A stretch of 64,000 bases of DNA. Origin: a virus. Numbering within the stretch: position 1 is the first letter of the stretch; each line of letters opens with the position of its first letter. Shown here piece after piece: positions 1-9,847 of this stretch. Under the pieces are notes generated by a model, which saw only the letters and a list, made by a program, of their open reading frames with translations, was not told the origin of the DNA and searched no databases. Position numbers and translations under genes: made by a program. The DNA lies in IMG/VR virus record IMGVR_UViG_3300042868_005520, positions 1 to 64,000 of that record, one strand, 5' to 3'.

Positions 1-510
1 ATTCTTCACGATGAATTGGAATACGACAATATCATTTATGTTTCCATGCAGGGACGCAAAGGTCAGGTGGTGAACGGCGGCTTTGGAGCCAAAGGATCTT
101 CCATTAACGGGGTAAAGACCTCCACAGCGGTAAAGCGTATTGGCTGTTCCATTTTGAAAAATTTGATTGAAGACACCAAACTCATTGTGGAAGACTTTAA
201 TACGGTGGACGAACTCACCACCTTTGTGGCAAAGGGAGACTCGTTCGAGGCAGAAGACAACCATCATGATGACCTTGCAATGACACTTGTGCTGTTTTCG
301 TGGCTGACCACCCAAGCCTATTTTAAGAGCATCACAGGCAGCGATATCCGAAAAGACCTGTACGAAGAACAAATTAAAAATTTAGAAGAAGAAATGACCC
401 CCTTTGGCTTTGTGGATGACGGTGACGCTCCCGCTGCTATTGTGGATAATCACGGCACAGTTTGGCGCGGCGGAACCAACGAAAACCTAGATATGGGGTG
501 GACATTTTAA
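1..510 (+). CDS. gp17: Terminase large subunit, C-terminal part (truncated at window edge)
   Basis: Frame open from base 1; T4-like nuclease-domain motif FEAEDNHHDDLAMTLVLFSW and PFGFVDDG tail; directly upstream of tail sheath. Confidence 0.95.
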   Translation: MLHDELEYDNIIYVSMQGRKGQVVNGGFGAKGSSINGVKTSTAVKRIGCSILKNLIEDTKLIVEDFNTVDELTTFVAKGDSFEAEDNHHDDLAMTLVLFSWLTTQAYFKSITGSDIRKDLYEEQIKNLEEEMTPFGFVDDGDAPAAIVDNHGTVWRGGTNENLDMGWTF

Positions 511-594
511 TCCATCTGTGAATCCTTCAGAATAATACATACAATCAGAAGCGCAGTCACCACGAATTGACTTCTTCACGAAGGAGAACCCAAA

Positions 595-2598
595 ATGGCA
601 TTTAGAGTAAGTCCTGGCGTAAGTATCAAAGAAATCGACCTGACCACAGTTGTTCCTGCTGTCGCAACCACTCCTGGTGGTTTTGCTGGCTACTTCCACT
701 CTGGTCCTGCGGACGAAATCGTTACCGTAACAAACCAAACGGAACTTGTCAGTATCTTCGGCAAGCCGCAGAACGACAACTATGTGGACTTCTTTACGGC
801 AGCAAACTTCCTGTCGTATGGAAACAATATGCAAGTGGTTCGTGTGCTTGGATCTGCTTCCAGAAACTCTTCGGTTGGTAAGGGTGGCACAGCAGGTTTT
901 GCCACAGGCACCTTGCTTATCACCAACTCAACACAATTTGGAGCAAGCGCAGGTCTTTCTGCATCCGCTCCTGCTGAAGCAGGAGCCTTGTTTGCTTCCA
1001 AGTATCCTGGTGTTATTGGAAACAGCGTGAAAGTTGTTGTTACAACTGGATCAGGAACCACCACAGGAGGACTTTCTGCTGCTGCTCTTATGGGAGCCAG
1101 TTCATTAACAATTAAGGCACCTGGTACCACTTATGGATTTAGTGTGGGTGACGAAATTACATTTGCAGACGGAACATCAGTCACTGTAAGCGGTGTGTCT
1201 GGAAGAAGTGCAACTGCTGGAGACATTTTTGGTGTTACTGGTACTGTGGCTTCGGGAGTTTCGGTTACACTGCAAACACTACTGCCCACGGCTCAACTCA
1301 TCAACGCAACATATACGCACAAGAGCGTTTACGCAAAGTCGATTGGTTCCACCTCTTTCACCACTCCATATGCTTTTGACGCAGGTGGATCGGGAGATCA
1401 GATCAATGTGCTTGTTCTTGACAAGGACGGCACATTATCAGGAACAGTAAACACTGTGCTTGAGAAGTTTGAAGGCTTGTCTCGCGCAGAGGACGCAAAG
1501 AAGTTTGACGGCAGTAGCAATTACTACCGCACAGTAATAAACGAGCAGTCCAAGTATGTCTGGGCACTATCACGCGATATGGCATCCAACACAGGATTTA
1601 CTGCTACCAAGACAAATTGGAATACGCTTGGTGTTTCGCTTGCATCTCAAACCCACTTGGCAGATAGTGTAAACTCTTTCCATCTATCGGGAGCCGTTTC
1701 TGCTGCACCAACTGTATCCGAACTGTACGCAAACGGATGGAACAAGTTTGCCGATGCGGATGCAGTGGATGTGTCTCTGCTTCCAATGGGTGGGGCTTCA
1801 GCCACTCTTGCTCAACTAGTTGTGCAGAATGTCTGCGAGAAGCGTCTTGACTGCATGGCATTCGTTTCTCCAGCACAGAGTGATGTTGAAAATAAATTGC
1901 CGTATGAAGCCTTGAACAACCTCAAGACTTTCCGCGACAGCACCTTCAACATTAACTCATCCTACGCAGTCATTGACAGCGGTTGGAAGTACCAGTTGGA
2001 CACCTACAACAATGTGCTTCGGATTATGCCTCTGAACGCAGACATTGCAGGATTGGTTGCTCGTACCGAGTTCACCAACGAAGCGTGGTTCTCGCCAGCA
2101 GGATTCAATCGTGGTCAACTGAAGAATGTTGTTAAGTTGGCGTACAATCCATCTGCGGAAGCACATCGTGACGAGTTGTACACCCGTCAGGTAAACCCTG
2201 TGGTATCTTTCCCAGGCGAAGGGGTAATCCTGTTCGGTGACAAAACCGCTCAGTCCCGTCCAAGTGCGTTTGATCGCATCAATGTGCGCCGTCTGTTCAT
2301 TATTCTTGAGAAGGCAATTGCCACGGCTTCAAAGTTCTTCCTGTTCGAGCAGAACGATGCGTTCACTCGCTCTCAGTTCAAGAACCTTGTTGTTCCGTTC
2401 CTCAAGACTGTTCAGCAGCGTAGAGGCATCACCGATTTCAAGGTGGTGTGTGACGAAACCAACAATACGGGTGAAGTAATTGACCGCAACGAGTTCGTGG
2501 CTGATATATTTGTAAAGCCAACCCGCAGCGTCAATTTCATCTCTCTTAATTTTATTGCAACAAAGACAGGCGTTAGTTTCACCGAAGTCGGAGCGTAA
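595..2598 (+). CDS. gp18: Tail sheath protein
   Basis: SPGVSIKEIDLT N-terminus, FLSYGN, WFSPAGFNRG, FDRINVRRLF motifs; AAGGAG RBS. Confidence 0.97.
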   Translation: MAFRVSPGVSIKEIDLTTVVPAVATTPGGFAGYFHSGPADEIVTVTNQTELVSIFGKPQNDNYVDFFTAANFLSYGNNMQVVRVLGSASRNSSVGKGGTAGFATGTLLITNSTQFGASAGLSASAPAEAGALFASKYPGVIGNSVKVVVTTGSGTTTGGLSAAALMGASSLTIKAPGTTYGFSVGDEITFADGTSVTVSGVSGRSATAGDIFGVTGTVASGVSVTLQTLLPTAQLINATYTHKSVYAKSIGSTSFTTPYAFDAGGSGDQINVLVLDKDGTLSGTVNTVLEKFEGLSRAEDAKKFDGSSNYYRTVINEQSKYVWALSRDMASNTGFTATKTNWNTLGVSLASQTHLADSVNSFHLSGAVSAAPTVSELYANGWNKFADADAVDVSLLPMGGASATLAQLVVQNVCEKRLDCMAFVSPAQSDVENKLPYEALNNLKTFRDSTFNINSSYAVIDSGWKYQLDTYNNVLRIMPLNADIAGLVARTEFTNEAWFSPAGFNRGQLKNVVKLAYNPSAEAHRDELYTRQVNPVVSFPGEGVILFGDKTAQSRPSAFDRINVRRLFIILEKAIATASKFFLFEQNDAFTRSQFKNLVVPFLKTVQQRRGITDFKVVCDETNNTGEVIDRNEFVADIFVKPTRSVNFISLNFIATKTGVSFTEVGA

Positions 2599-2628
2599 GG
2601 TCTAAATAATAAGACCAAGGAGTAATCA

Positions 2629-3240
2629 ATGCCAGTAGATCCAACAAACAATATTTCAGGATTCGTAAACGCCTTTGCTGGCGGTGGTGTTCGTACCAAC
2701 CTGTTCCTAGTCACAGGAAATATTCCTGGCTACCAGAACAACCGCGCAATCTCTTTCTTGTGCAAGGCTGCACAGATTCCTGCGTCCTCGCTTGGAACTA
2801 TTGAAGTTCCGTATCGTGGTCGCAGAATCAAACTTCCAGGAGATCGCACATTCCAAGACTGGACAATCACAGTTATTTCCGATGCGAACATGAGTCTTCG
2901 CTCAGGATTTGAGTTTTGGAGTGCAACCTTTAATTCTCATGTCAGCAACATTACCTCAAACAACTTCATGCAGTTCATGCCTACATGGTCTGTTACGCAA
3001 CTGCTTCGTGATGGTGAGCCGCTTCGCACATACAATTTCATTGGATGCTATCCAAGTGAAGTTGGAGCAATTGATCTCTCATACGAGAACAATGACTCTA
3101 TTGCAGAGTTCCCTGTTACCCTGAACTACTCTTGGTGGGAGGCTGCTCAAGGTGGTGCTGTTCCTGCTACGGGTACTGGTCAGGAAAACATTCAGGCTCT
3201 ATTGCAGCAGTCGGGGATCAATATCGGTCAAGGTTTCTGA
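2629..3240 (+). CDS. gp19: Tail tube protein
   Basis: GGVRTNLF, FLCKAAQIP, GRRIKLPGDRTF..W motifs; synteny. Confidence 0.96.
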   Translation: MPVDPTNNISGFVNAFAGGGVRTNLFLVTGNIPGYQNNRAISFLCKAAQIPASSLGTIEVPYRGRRIKLPGDRTFQDWTITVISDANMSLRSGFEFWSATFNSHVSNITSNNFMQFMPTWSVTQLLRDGEPLRTYNFIGCYPSEVGAIDLSYENNDSIAEFPVTLNYSWWEAAQGGAVPATGTGQENIQALLQQSGINIGQGF

Positions 3241-3267
3241 TACTCTTTTTGACAGGATTCTTTATTT

Positions 3268-4908
3268 ATGGCTATCAAACTTTTTGGCTTTTCTATTGGT
3301 AAAGAAGAGAAGGAGACTTCCAAGGATGAACTTCCAAAGAAGTCTCTTTCTTTTGTAGCACCTGATCAGGATGACGGCGCGATTCCACTAGAAGTGGGTG
3401 GTTACTTTGGAACCGCTGTTGACTTTGACGGCGCAATCAAAACCGATCTAGACCTTATCAAGAAATATCGTGACATGGCAATCCACCCTGAAGTGGAGTC
3501 TGCTATTGCTGATATCTGTAATGAGTCTATTGTGTATGACGATACTTTTACTACGGTAAAGATCGACACCACAAACATTAAGTACAGCAAGTCTATTAAA
3601 GACAAAGTGGAATCGGAGTTTGAAGAAGTCCTGAAACTCATGAATTTCTCTCGCCGTGGTTTTGAGATATTCCGCAAATGGTATGTGGACGGACGAATTT
3701 ATTACCACATCATTATTGATGAAGCCAACAAGAAGAAGGGCATTCTTGAAATTCGTCCTATTGATCCCACGAAGATTCGTAAGATTCGTAAGATTCACAA
3801 GAAGCCCATGTCACAGCAGTCTCCCCTTGGTGTTCAAATAGTAACATCGGTGGAAGAGTTCTATGTGTACAACGAACAAGAGCCTGGTTCCACTGCGCTC
3901 TCGATTGAAGGGTTAAAGATCTACCCTGATTCCATCTGCTTTGTTCACAGCGGACTGTATGACGGATATCGCAAGAAAGTAATTGGATATCTGCACAAGG
4001 CTATCAAGGCTTTGAATCAACTTCGCATGATTGAAGACGCAGTGGTGATTTATCGCATTACTCGCGCACCAGAACGCCGTGTGTTCTATGTGGATGTTGG
4101 TAACCTGCCCAAGCAGAAGGCAGAAGAGTATGTGCGTGGACTCATGCAGAAGTACCGCAACAAACTCATGTACGATCCACAGACAGGTGAGATTGCAGAT
4201 TCCCGCAAGCATATGTCCATGCTTGAAGACTTTTGGATGCCTCGCCGCGAAGGTGGTCGTGGCACAGAAATCTCAACGCTTGAAGGCGGACAGAATCTTT
4301 CGGAAATGGAAGATGTAAAGTACTTCCAAAAGAAACTCTTTCAATCGCTTAATGTTCCCACCTCTCGTATGGAAGAATCCACTGGATTCAACATGGGCAG
4401 GTCTTCAGAGATTTCACGCGATGAAGTGAAATTCTTTAAGTTCATTGAACGACTCCGCATGAAGTTCTCTGAAGTATTCCTTGAACTGCTGCGTGTGCAG
4501 TTGGTTCTCAAGGGAGTTATTCGTGAGGACGAGTGGGCAGATATTGAAAGCCGTCTAATATTCAAATTTGCAAAGGATTCGCATTTCTCCGAACTCAAGG
4601 AAAGCGAAGTTCTCAAAGATCGTCTTGCCAGTGCACGGGAAGCAGAGGATTTTGTTGGCAAGTACTATTCTCGTGAATGGGTACGCAAGATGATTCTGCG
4701 TCAAACCGAAGACGATGTGGAGCAGATCGACAAGCAGATCAAGGAAGAAAAGGCTTCAGGAGTTATTGCTCCACCTGAAGGTGCTGTTCCTCCTGAAGCG
4801 CAGCAAGCCCAACCTCCTGCTCCAGCCCCTGCTGCGGGTGGGGACGGACAACCACAGGTAACTATTGGTGAAATCGTCCCTGATGACGAAAAGGAGTGGA
4901 ACTCGTAA
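3268..4908 (+). CDS. gp20: Portal protein
   Basis: YRITRAPERRVFYVDVGNLPK, MLEDFWMPRREGGRGTEISTL motifs. Confidence 0.98.
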   Translation: MAIKLFGFSIGKEEKETSKDELPKKSLSFVAPDQDDGAIPLEVGGYFGTAVDFDGAIKTDLDLIKKYRDMAIHPEVESAIADICNESIVYDDTFTTVKIDTTNIKYSKSIKDKVESEFEEVLKLMNFSRRGFEIFRKWYVDGRIYYHIIIDEANKKKGILEIRPIDPTKIRKIRKIHKKPMSQQSPLGVQIVTSVEEFYVYNEQEPGSTALSIEGLKIYPDSICFVHSGLYDGYRKKVIGYLHKAIKALNQLRMIEDAVVIYRITRAPERRVFYVDVGNLPKQKAEEYVRGLMQKYRNKLMYDPQTGEIADSRKHMSMLEDFWMPRREGGRGTEISTLEGGQNLSEMEDVKYFQKKLFQSLNVPTSRMEESTGFNMGRSSEISRDEVKFFKFIERLRMKFSEVFLELLRVQLVLKGVIREDEWADIESRLIFKFAKDSHFSELKESEVLKDRLASAREAEDFVGKYYSREWVRKMILRQTEDDVEQIDKQIKEEKASGVIAPPEGAVPPEAQQAQPPAPAPAAGGDGQPQVTIGEIVPDDEKEWNS

Positions 4909-5075
4909 TGCTGCATTCATTTGAAGAATTCAAGACCGCTGTGCTGTGCTCCCTACAGGACAAGATTGCCGAACGGATCTCCCAAGAGCGGGAATCGCTT
5001 TCAAATAGTCTGCTTCGGGGTGAAAATGTGGACTCGGATGAAATAGATACCGAGTCAAGCACCAAAGAAAACTAA
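4908..5075 (+). CDS. Small acidic protein, probable prohead core (gp67-like), 55 aa
   Basis: Not in ORF track; ATG overlaps gp20 stop (TAATG); MLHSFEEFKTAVLCSLQDKIAERISQERESL...; gp67 position. Confidence 0.6.
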   Translation: MLHSFEEFKTAVLCSLQDKIAERISQERESLSNSLLRGENVDSDEIDTESSTKEN

Positions 5076-5103
5076 ATAATTAGTCGCAAAGGAGTAGACA
5101 CAT

Positions 5104-5391
5104 ATGGACACAAATAAACGAATCGCTCGCGCAATGTTGAAGAAGAGTTTTGCTGAAGCCAAGGAATTGGTTTTCAAGTCGCTCTACGCCAAGGCATCAC
5201 TTGCTTTGGACGAGGCTCGTTACGCCGTGGCTAATGCTATATTCAATGAAGCCAAGAAGTCTCCCGCCACAAGCGTTCCTGCTGGTGCTTCTGAAGAAGA
5301 ACACGCCAAGGCTCGTGCCGCCAATCCGTACCGTGTTCGTCTTGGAAAAGGCAAACCTGCTGGTGCAGTTGACAAGGCGGAAAAGAAGTGA
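5104..5391 (+). CDS. Probable prohead core protein (gp67/gp68-like)
   Basis: AAGGAG RBS, upstream CTAAATA, position between gp20 and gp21. Confidence 0.6.
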   Translation: MDTNKRIARAMLKKSFAEAKELVFKSLYAKASLALDEARYAVANAIFNEAKKSPATSVPAGASEEEHAKARAANPYRVRLGKGKPAGAVDKAEKK

Positions 5392-6029
5392 AACTAATCA
5401 CTGAAACAACCCAAAGCGTTCAATGGCTCACCGAAGAAAAGAACGGTCAGAAGCACTATTTCATTGAAGGCGTGTTCATGCAGTCGGAGATGAAGAACCG
5501 CAATGGTCGTATGTATCCTTCTGCCGTCATGGATAAAGAGGTTGATCGCTACAACACCGAATATGTAAAGCAGAATCGCGCAATGGGCGAACTTGGTCAC
5601 CCTGAAGGACCAACGGTTAACCTTGAGCGTGTGTCCCATATCATCAAGGACTTGCGTATAGAGGGAAAAGACATCTACGGCAAGGCTAAGATTCTCGATA
5701 CTCCATACGGAAAGATTGTCAAGAACCTCGTGGAAGAAGGAGCCAAACTTGGCGTTTCTTCCCGTGGTATGGGCAGTCTTAAAGAACAGGATGGAGTGAA
5801 TGTTGTTCAGGAAGATTTCATGTTGGCGGCAGTTGATGTGGTTGCAGATCCGTCTGCACCCAACGCTTTCGTGAACGGAATCATGGAAGGTCGGGAGTGG
5901 ATTTGGAACAACGGGATTCTCAAGCCTGTTGTGATTGAGGAATACAAGAAAATCATTGAGAAAACACCGTCACGAAAACTAGAAGAACAAACGATGCGTT
6001 TGTTCGCGGACTTCATTTCAAAACTCTGA
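5388..6029 (+). CDS. gp21: Prohead protease
   Basis: IEGVFMQ, NRNGRMYP, GELGHP, GVSSRGMGS, DVVADPSAP motifs. Confidence 0.98.
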   Translation: MKLITETTQSVQWLTEEKNGQKHYFIEGVFMQSEMKNRNGRMYPSAVMDKEVDRYNTEYVKQNRAMGELGHPEGPTVNLERVSHIIKDLRIEGKDIYGKAKILDTPYGKIVKNLVEEGAKLGVSSRGMGSLKEQDGVNVVQEDFMLAAVDVVADPSAPNAFVNGIMEGREWIWNNGILKPVVIEEYKKIIEKTPSRKLEEQTMRLFADFISKL

Positions 6030-6066
6030 GTAGTCTACATATTTCCAACGAAGGAGATTCACAGTC

Positions 6067-7251
6067 ATGGCAAGAGAAAATATCGAAGATGTCATCAAGA
6101 AGGTAATTCTGGGCGAAGGCTTTCTAGCCGAGACTGCACAGGATCCAGATCCAACTGAAGACGAGGACACCTCGGAAGAGGATGCTTCGGCTGATGAGGG
6201 TTTTGAAGTCGAGGAAATCGACGAAGCCAAGTGCGATGACAAGGAAGAGGACGAAGACGAATCCGAGGACGAAGAGTCCGAAGAGGAAGAAGAACCCAAG
6301 GGCAAGAAGAAGATGCCAGCATTCCTCAAGGGAAAATTTGGCAAGAAGGGCAAGTCCGAAATGGAAGAAGCCGTGTCTGACTACGCCAGCACCAATATCA
6401 CCCATGATGTAAACAAGAAGGGTGCTAAGATTGCCGAACCAACTGGCGATGCCAGTGGTAAGAACAAGGGCACCATCAAGGCTAAACCTTCTGCTGCCAA
6501 GGCTGAAACCAAGATCCCTGAGATCAAGCCCACCGTCAAGGAAGATATTGCTGCCATGCTGACAGGCGAAGACCTTTCAGAAGAATTCAAGACTTCTGCT
6601 GCCACTCTCTTTGAGGCTCACCTCGCAGAGCGTGTTTATCAGATCGAAGAGGAATTGAAGGGGCAATACGAAGATCTTCTTGAGCAGCACACCGTTGCTG
6701 TTACCGAAGAACTCGTTGAGCGCATTGACGATTACCTCAACTATGTGGTCGAAGAGTGGATGCAAGAGAACCGTCTCGCTGTAGAGAAGGGTCTTCGCAC
6801 CGAGATCACCGAAAACTTTATCTCGAACCTCAAGGGACTCTTCACCGAGTCGTACATTGAAGTTCCTGAAGACAAACTCGACTTGTTTGAATCCACTGTT
6901 GATCAGGCGGAAGCCCTCAACAGCGAACTTCAAGGACAGGTCGAGAAGAACATGGAACTCTCAGAAGAAGTCGAGCAACTCAAGTGCGAGATCATCTTCC
7001 GCGAGATTTCCGAAGGAATGACTGATACTGAAGTTGAAAAACTTCGCCGTCTCGCAGAAGACCTAGAGTTTGATACGATTGAGCAGTTTGCCGAAAAGAT
7101 TGGTGTTCTCTGCGAGAACATTGGATCCATCGGAACAGTAGCAGAAGAAGCATCATCGGAAGAAGGACTCGAAGAGTCCTACGAAGACGCTTCGGAAGCA
7201 ACCCCGCTCGTTGAAGCGTATGTGCGCTCCATGAGCAAGTCACGAGAGTAA
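6067..7251 (+). CDS. gp22: Prohead scaffolding/core protein
   Basis: Acidic, LSEEFK..A.TLFEA and DDYLNYVVEEWM.EN motifs; synteny. Confidence 0.95.
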   Translation: MARENIEDVIKKVILGEGFLAETAQDPDPTEDEDTSEEDASADEGFEVEEIDEAKCDDKEEDEDESEDEESEEEEEPKGKKKMPAFLKGKFGKKGKSEMEEAVSDYASTNITHDVNKKGAKIAEPTGDASGKNKGTIKAKPSAAKAETKIPEIKPTVKEDIAAMLTGEDLSEEFKTSAATLFEAHLAERVYQIEEELKGQYEDLLEQHTVAVTEELVERIDDYLNYVVEEWMQENRLAVEKGLRTEITENFISNLKGLFTESYIEVPEDKLDLFESTVDQAEALNSELQGQVEKNMELSEEVEQLKCEIIFREISEGMTDTEVEKLRRLAEDLEFDTIEQFAEKIGVLCENIGSIGTVAEEASSEEGLEESYEDASEATPLVEAYVRSMSKSRE

Positions 7252-7294
7252 ACCACAGTCACAGACTGTTTAACAGTTTCAAGGAGATACTAAC

Positions 7295-8749
7295 ATGGCA
7301 GAAGAAAAGTTTCTAACCGAGGCGGCTATCCGTAAGTGGAAGCCTGTTCTCGATCACAAGGACATGAGTCCTATCACGGACGCTCACAAGCGTGCAACAA
7401 TGGCAACTCTTTTGGAGAACCAAGAGAAGGCAATCAAGGAGCAAATGCTCGTTGAAGTCAGCCCAGGCAACGCAGTTGGTAACGGTATGTCCTCCACCAT
7501 CAGCGGCAATGCTTCGATGCAGGGTTACGATCCAATTCTTATCCAATTGGTTCGTCGCGCCATGCCAAATCTCATGGCATACGACATCTGCGGCGTTCAG
7601 GCTATGTCGGCTCCGACAGGCTTGATCTTTGCAATGCGTACCAAGTACGGTGCACAGTCTGGCACCGAGGCTCTGTTCCAGGAACCAATGACCACATACA
7701 GTGGTTCGTCCTCCGCTAACAGTAGCGGTGGTTCGGGTGCTGCTGCTGGTGGTGCAGCCGTTGGTAACACTGCTGCATTCGGTTCAAACATTGGTGTTGA
7801 TCCGTTTGCTGGTCTTCCAGGTCTTGGCGATCCAAACAGCGTCAGTGGTATCACCACTGGTTCGGGTATTCGTACTACGACTGGTGAAGGTGAAGCACCA
7901 AACGAGATGGCATTCAGTATCGAGCGCGTGGCTGTTCAGGCTGCAACTCGTATGCTTGCTGCCTCGTACAGCGTTGAACTTGCTCAGGATCTCAAGGCTG
8001 TTCACGGGCTTGATGCCGAGACTGAACTTGCGAACATTCTCAGCACGGAAATTCTTGCTGAAATCAACCGCGAAGTTGTCCGTACTGTGTACAAGACAGC
8101 CAAACTCGGTGCACAGCAGACCGACCTTTACTACAAGACCGTAGTTGGTGGTCTGTCCGCTGCTGGTACTGCCACAGTCGGTGGCGTGTACGATCTCATT
8201 CAGGACTCAGATGGTCGTTGGAGCGCGGAAAAGTTCCGTGGTCTGATGTTCCAGATTGAGCGTGAATGCAATCAGATCGCCAAGGATACCCGTCGCGGTA
8301 AGGGCAACTTCATCATCTGCTCCGCAGATGTTGCTTCAGCCCTCGCAATGGGTGGTTTCTTGAACATCTCACCTGCTCTTAACACCACCCTTGATGTTGA
8401 TGACACTGGCAATACCTTTGCTGGTACCCTCAACGGCAAGATCAAGGTGTACATTGATCCGTACATCGACACCACTGCAACCAGTGGCAGCAACTTTGTA
8501 CTCACGGGATACAAGGGCAGCAGCCCATACGATGCAGGTATCTTCTACTGCCCGTATGTTCCGCTTCAGATGATGCGTGCTGTTGATACTTCTACCTTCC
8601 AGCCAAAGATGGCATTCAAGACCCGCTACGGCATGGTCGCGAACCCCTTTGCAGAAGGCACAACCGTTGGTTTCGGCGGTATCAAGACTCGCGCAAATGT
8701 CTACTACCGTATCTTCCGCGTGGACAACCTCCACGGCGTGGCTTCGTAA
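7295..8749 (+). CDS. gp23: Major capsid protein
   Basis: LVRRAMP, VQAMSAPTGLIFAMR, ELAQDLKAVHGLDAE, YCPYVPL, FKTRYG motifs. Confidence 0.99.
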   Translation: MAEEKFLTEAAIRKWKPVLDHKDMSPITDAHKRATMATLLENQEKAIKEQMLVEVSPGNAVGNGMSSTISGNASMQGYDPILIQLVRRAMPNLMAYDICGVQAMSAPTGLIFAMRTKYGAQSGTEALFQEPMTTYSGSSSANSSGGSGAAAGGAAVGNTAAFGSNIGVDPFAGLPGLGDPNSVSGITTGSGIRTTTGEGEAPNEMAFSIERVAVQAATRMLAASYSVELAQDLKAVHGLDAETELANILSTEILAEINREVVRTVYKTAKLGAQQTDLYYKTVVGGLSAAGTATVGGVYDLIQDSDGRWSAEKFRGLMFQIERECNQIAKDTRRGKGNFIICSADVASALAMGGFLNISPALNTTLDVDDTGNTFAGTLNGKIKVYIDPYIDTTATSGSNFVLTGYKGSSPYDAGIFYCPYVPLQMMRAVDTSTFQPKMAFKTRYGMVANPFAEGTTVGFGGIKTRANVYYRIFRVDNLHGVAS

Positions 8750-8774
8750 TAGACTGCTCACAAGCAAAGACATG

Positions 8775-8806
8775 GGGGAGGGCTTCACGCCCTCCCCTGT
8801 TCTTTT
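8775..8806 (+). terminator. Intrinsic terminator after gp23
   Basis: GGGGAGGGC-ttcac-GCCCTCCCC 9-bp stem followed by TGTTCTTTT. Confidence 0.85.
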
Positions 8807-8813
8807 CTACATA
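8807..8813 (+). promoter_or_regulatory. Putative late (gp55) promoter CTACATA, 5 nt before the gp3 ATG
   Basis: Matches the recurrent CTA[A/C]ATA motif before late genes; resembles T4 TATAAATA. Confidence 0.6.
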
Positions 8814-8818
8814 CTTGT

Positions 8819-9343
8819 ATGGCAAACACATTCGAATTTGACATTCCCGCAGACATCAAGAACAGGTATCCTGAAAATATCAGTGCCTTGTTGCCCACAT
8901 ATTTTCGTTTCTCTATGGCGAGACTACCGAATACTACTTACTTCTGCCAAACCGCTTCCATACCGTCTGTAACACTCACGGATGTTTCAATGCCTACTCC
9001 GTTTGTGCCCATCAAGGCTCCATCCAAAATGGAATTTGATGACTTGACTATTACATTCATAGTGGACGAGGCTCTTTTAAATTGGCTTGAAATATACAAT
9101 TGGATGCGCTCTGTTACCAATGTGGAAAATTACGAGGAGTTCCGCTCTCCGAATACCCACCTCACCACAGCCAATATGGTTGTACTGAACAGCGGCAAGC
9201 AACCCAAAATCAATGTTACATTTGAAGGGCTGTATCCCAAGAACTTGTCCGCTATTGATTTTTCATCTACGATCATGGATCCTGAACCGATACAATCCAC
9301 CGTTACTTTTGGATACAGAAGTTACAGTATTGAGCGGTACTAA
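8819..9343 (+). CDS. gp3: Tail completion / sheath stabiliser
   Basis: YFCQTASIPSV, L.ITFIVDE...NW.EIYNWM motifs; synteny. Confidence 0.9.
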   Translation: MANTFEFDIPADIKNRYPENISALLPTYFRFSMARLPNTTYFCQTASIPSVTLTDVSMPTPFVPIKAPSKMEFDDLTITFIVDEALLNWLEIYNWMRSVTNVENYEEFRSPNTHLTTANMVVLNSGKQPKINVTFEGLYPKNLSAIDFSSTIMDPEPIQSTVTFGYRSYSIERY

Positions 9344-9363
9344 TATTTGTTTGTGAATAGGGG

Positions 9364-9391
9364 TTGACTCTTAGTGGATATGGTGTAGACT
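9364..9391 (+). promoter_or_regulatory. Sigma70-like early/middle promoter for uvsY
   Basis: TTGACT-16 nt-TAGACT in an intergenic gap. Confidence 0.55.
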
Positions 9392-9412
9392 CTCCCCTAC
9401 GGAGAACACATT

Positions 9413-9847
9413 ATGACCTTGGACGATATTAGAAAAGAAATTGAACGGGATGTGCGGTTGGACGAAACCGCATTGGACATTGAATCCCTGAAGATTCCAC
9501 AACTACACAGCAAGTACCTGAACTTCCTAATGGACGAGCGGTTGTCGTTGGCAAAGATTACAAGTGATTACGATATTACACTACGAAGCAAGTGGGAATA
9601 CTACACAGGTAAAATGTCACAAGAGGAGTTAACCGCTCGTGGATGGGAGCCGTTTGCACTAAAGATTTTGCGTAATGATCTTGATCTATATTTGAATGCA
9701 GATGCAGATATATCCAAGGCTCGTCAGCGAGTGGTGTATCAAAAGGAAAAGATTTCACTCCTAGAAGAGATTGTGAAGGAATTAAATAATCGCCATTGGA
9801 AAATTCGTAATGCCATTGATTGGCGTAAGTTTGTGAATGGACAGTAA
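9413..9847 (+). CDS. uvsY: Recombination mediator UvsY
   Basis: SLKIPQLHSKYL, KWEYYTGK, IRNAIDWRKF motifs. Confidence 0.93.
   Translation: MTLDDIRKEIERDVRLDETALDIESLKIPQLHSKYLNFLMDERLSLAKITSDYDITLRSKWEYYTGKMSQEELTARGWEPFALKILRNDLDLYLNADADISKARQRVVYQKEKISLLEEIVKELNNRHWKIRNAIDWRKFVNGQ

Noticed and set aside
550-7290. Shared CAGTCA / ACGAAGGAGA elements in the gp18, gp22 and gp23 leaders as a regulatory RNA motif
   Set aside because: Too short, partly just the SD, and the hairpins are only 5-6 bp; cannot be distinguished from chance
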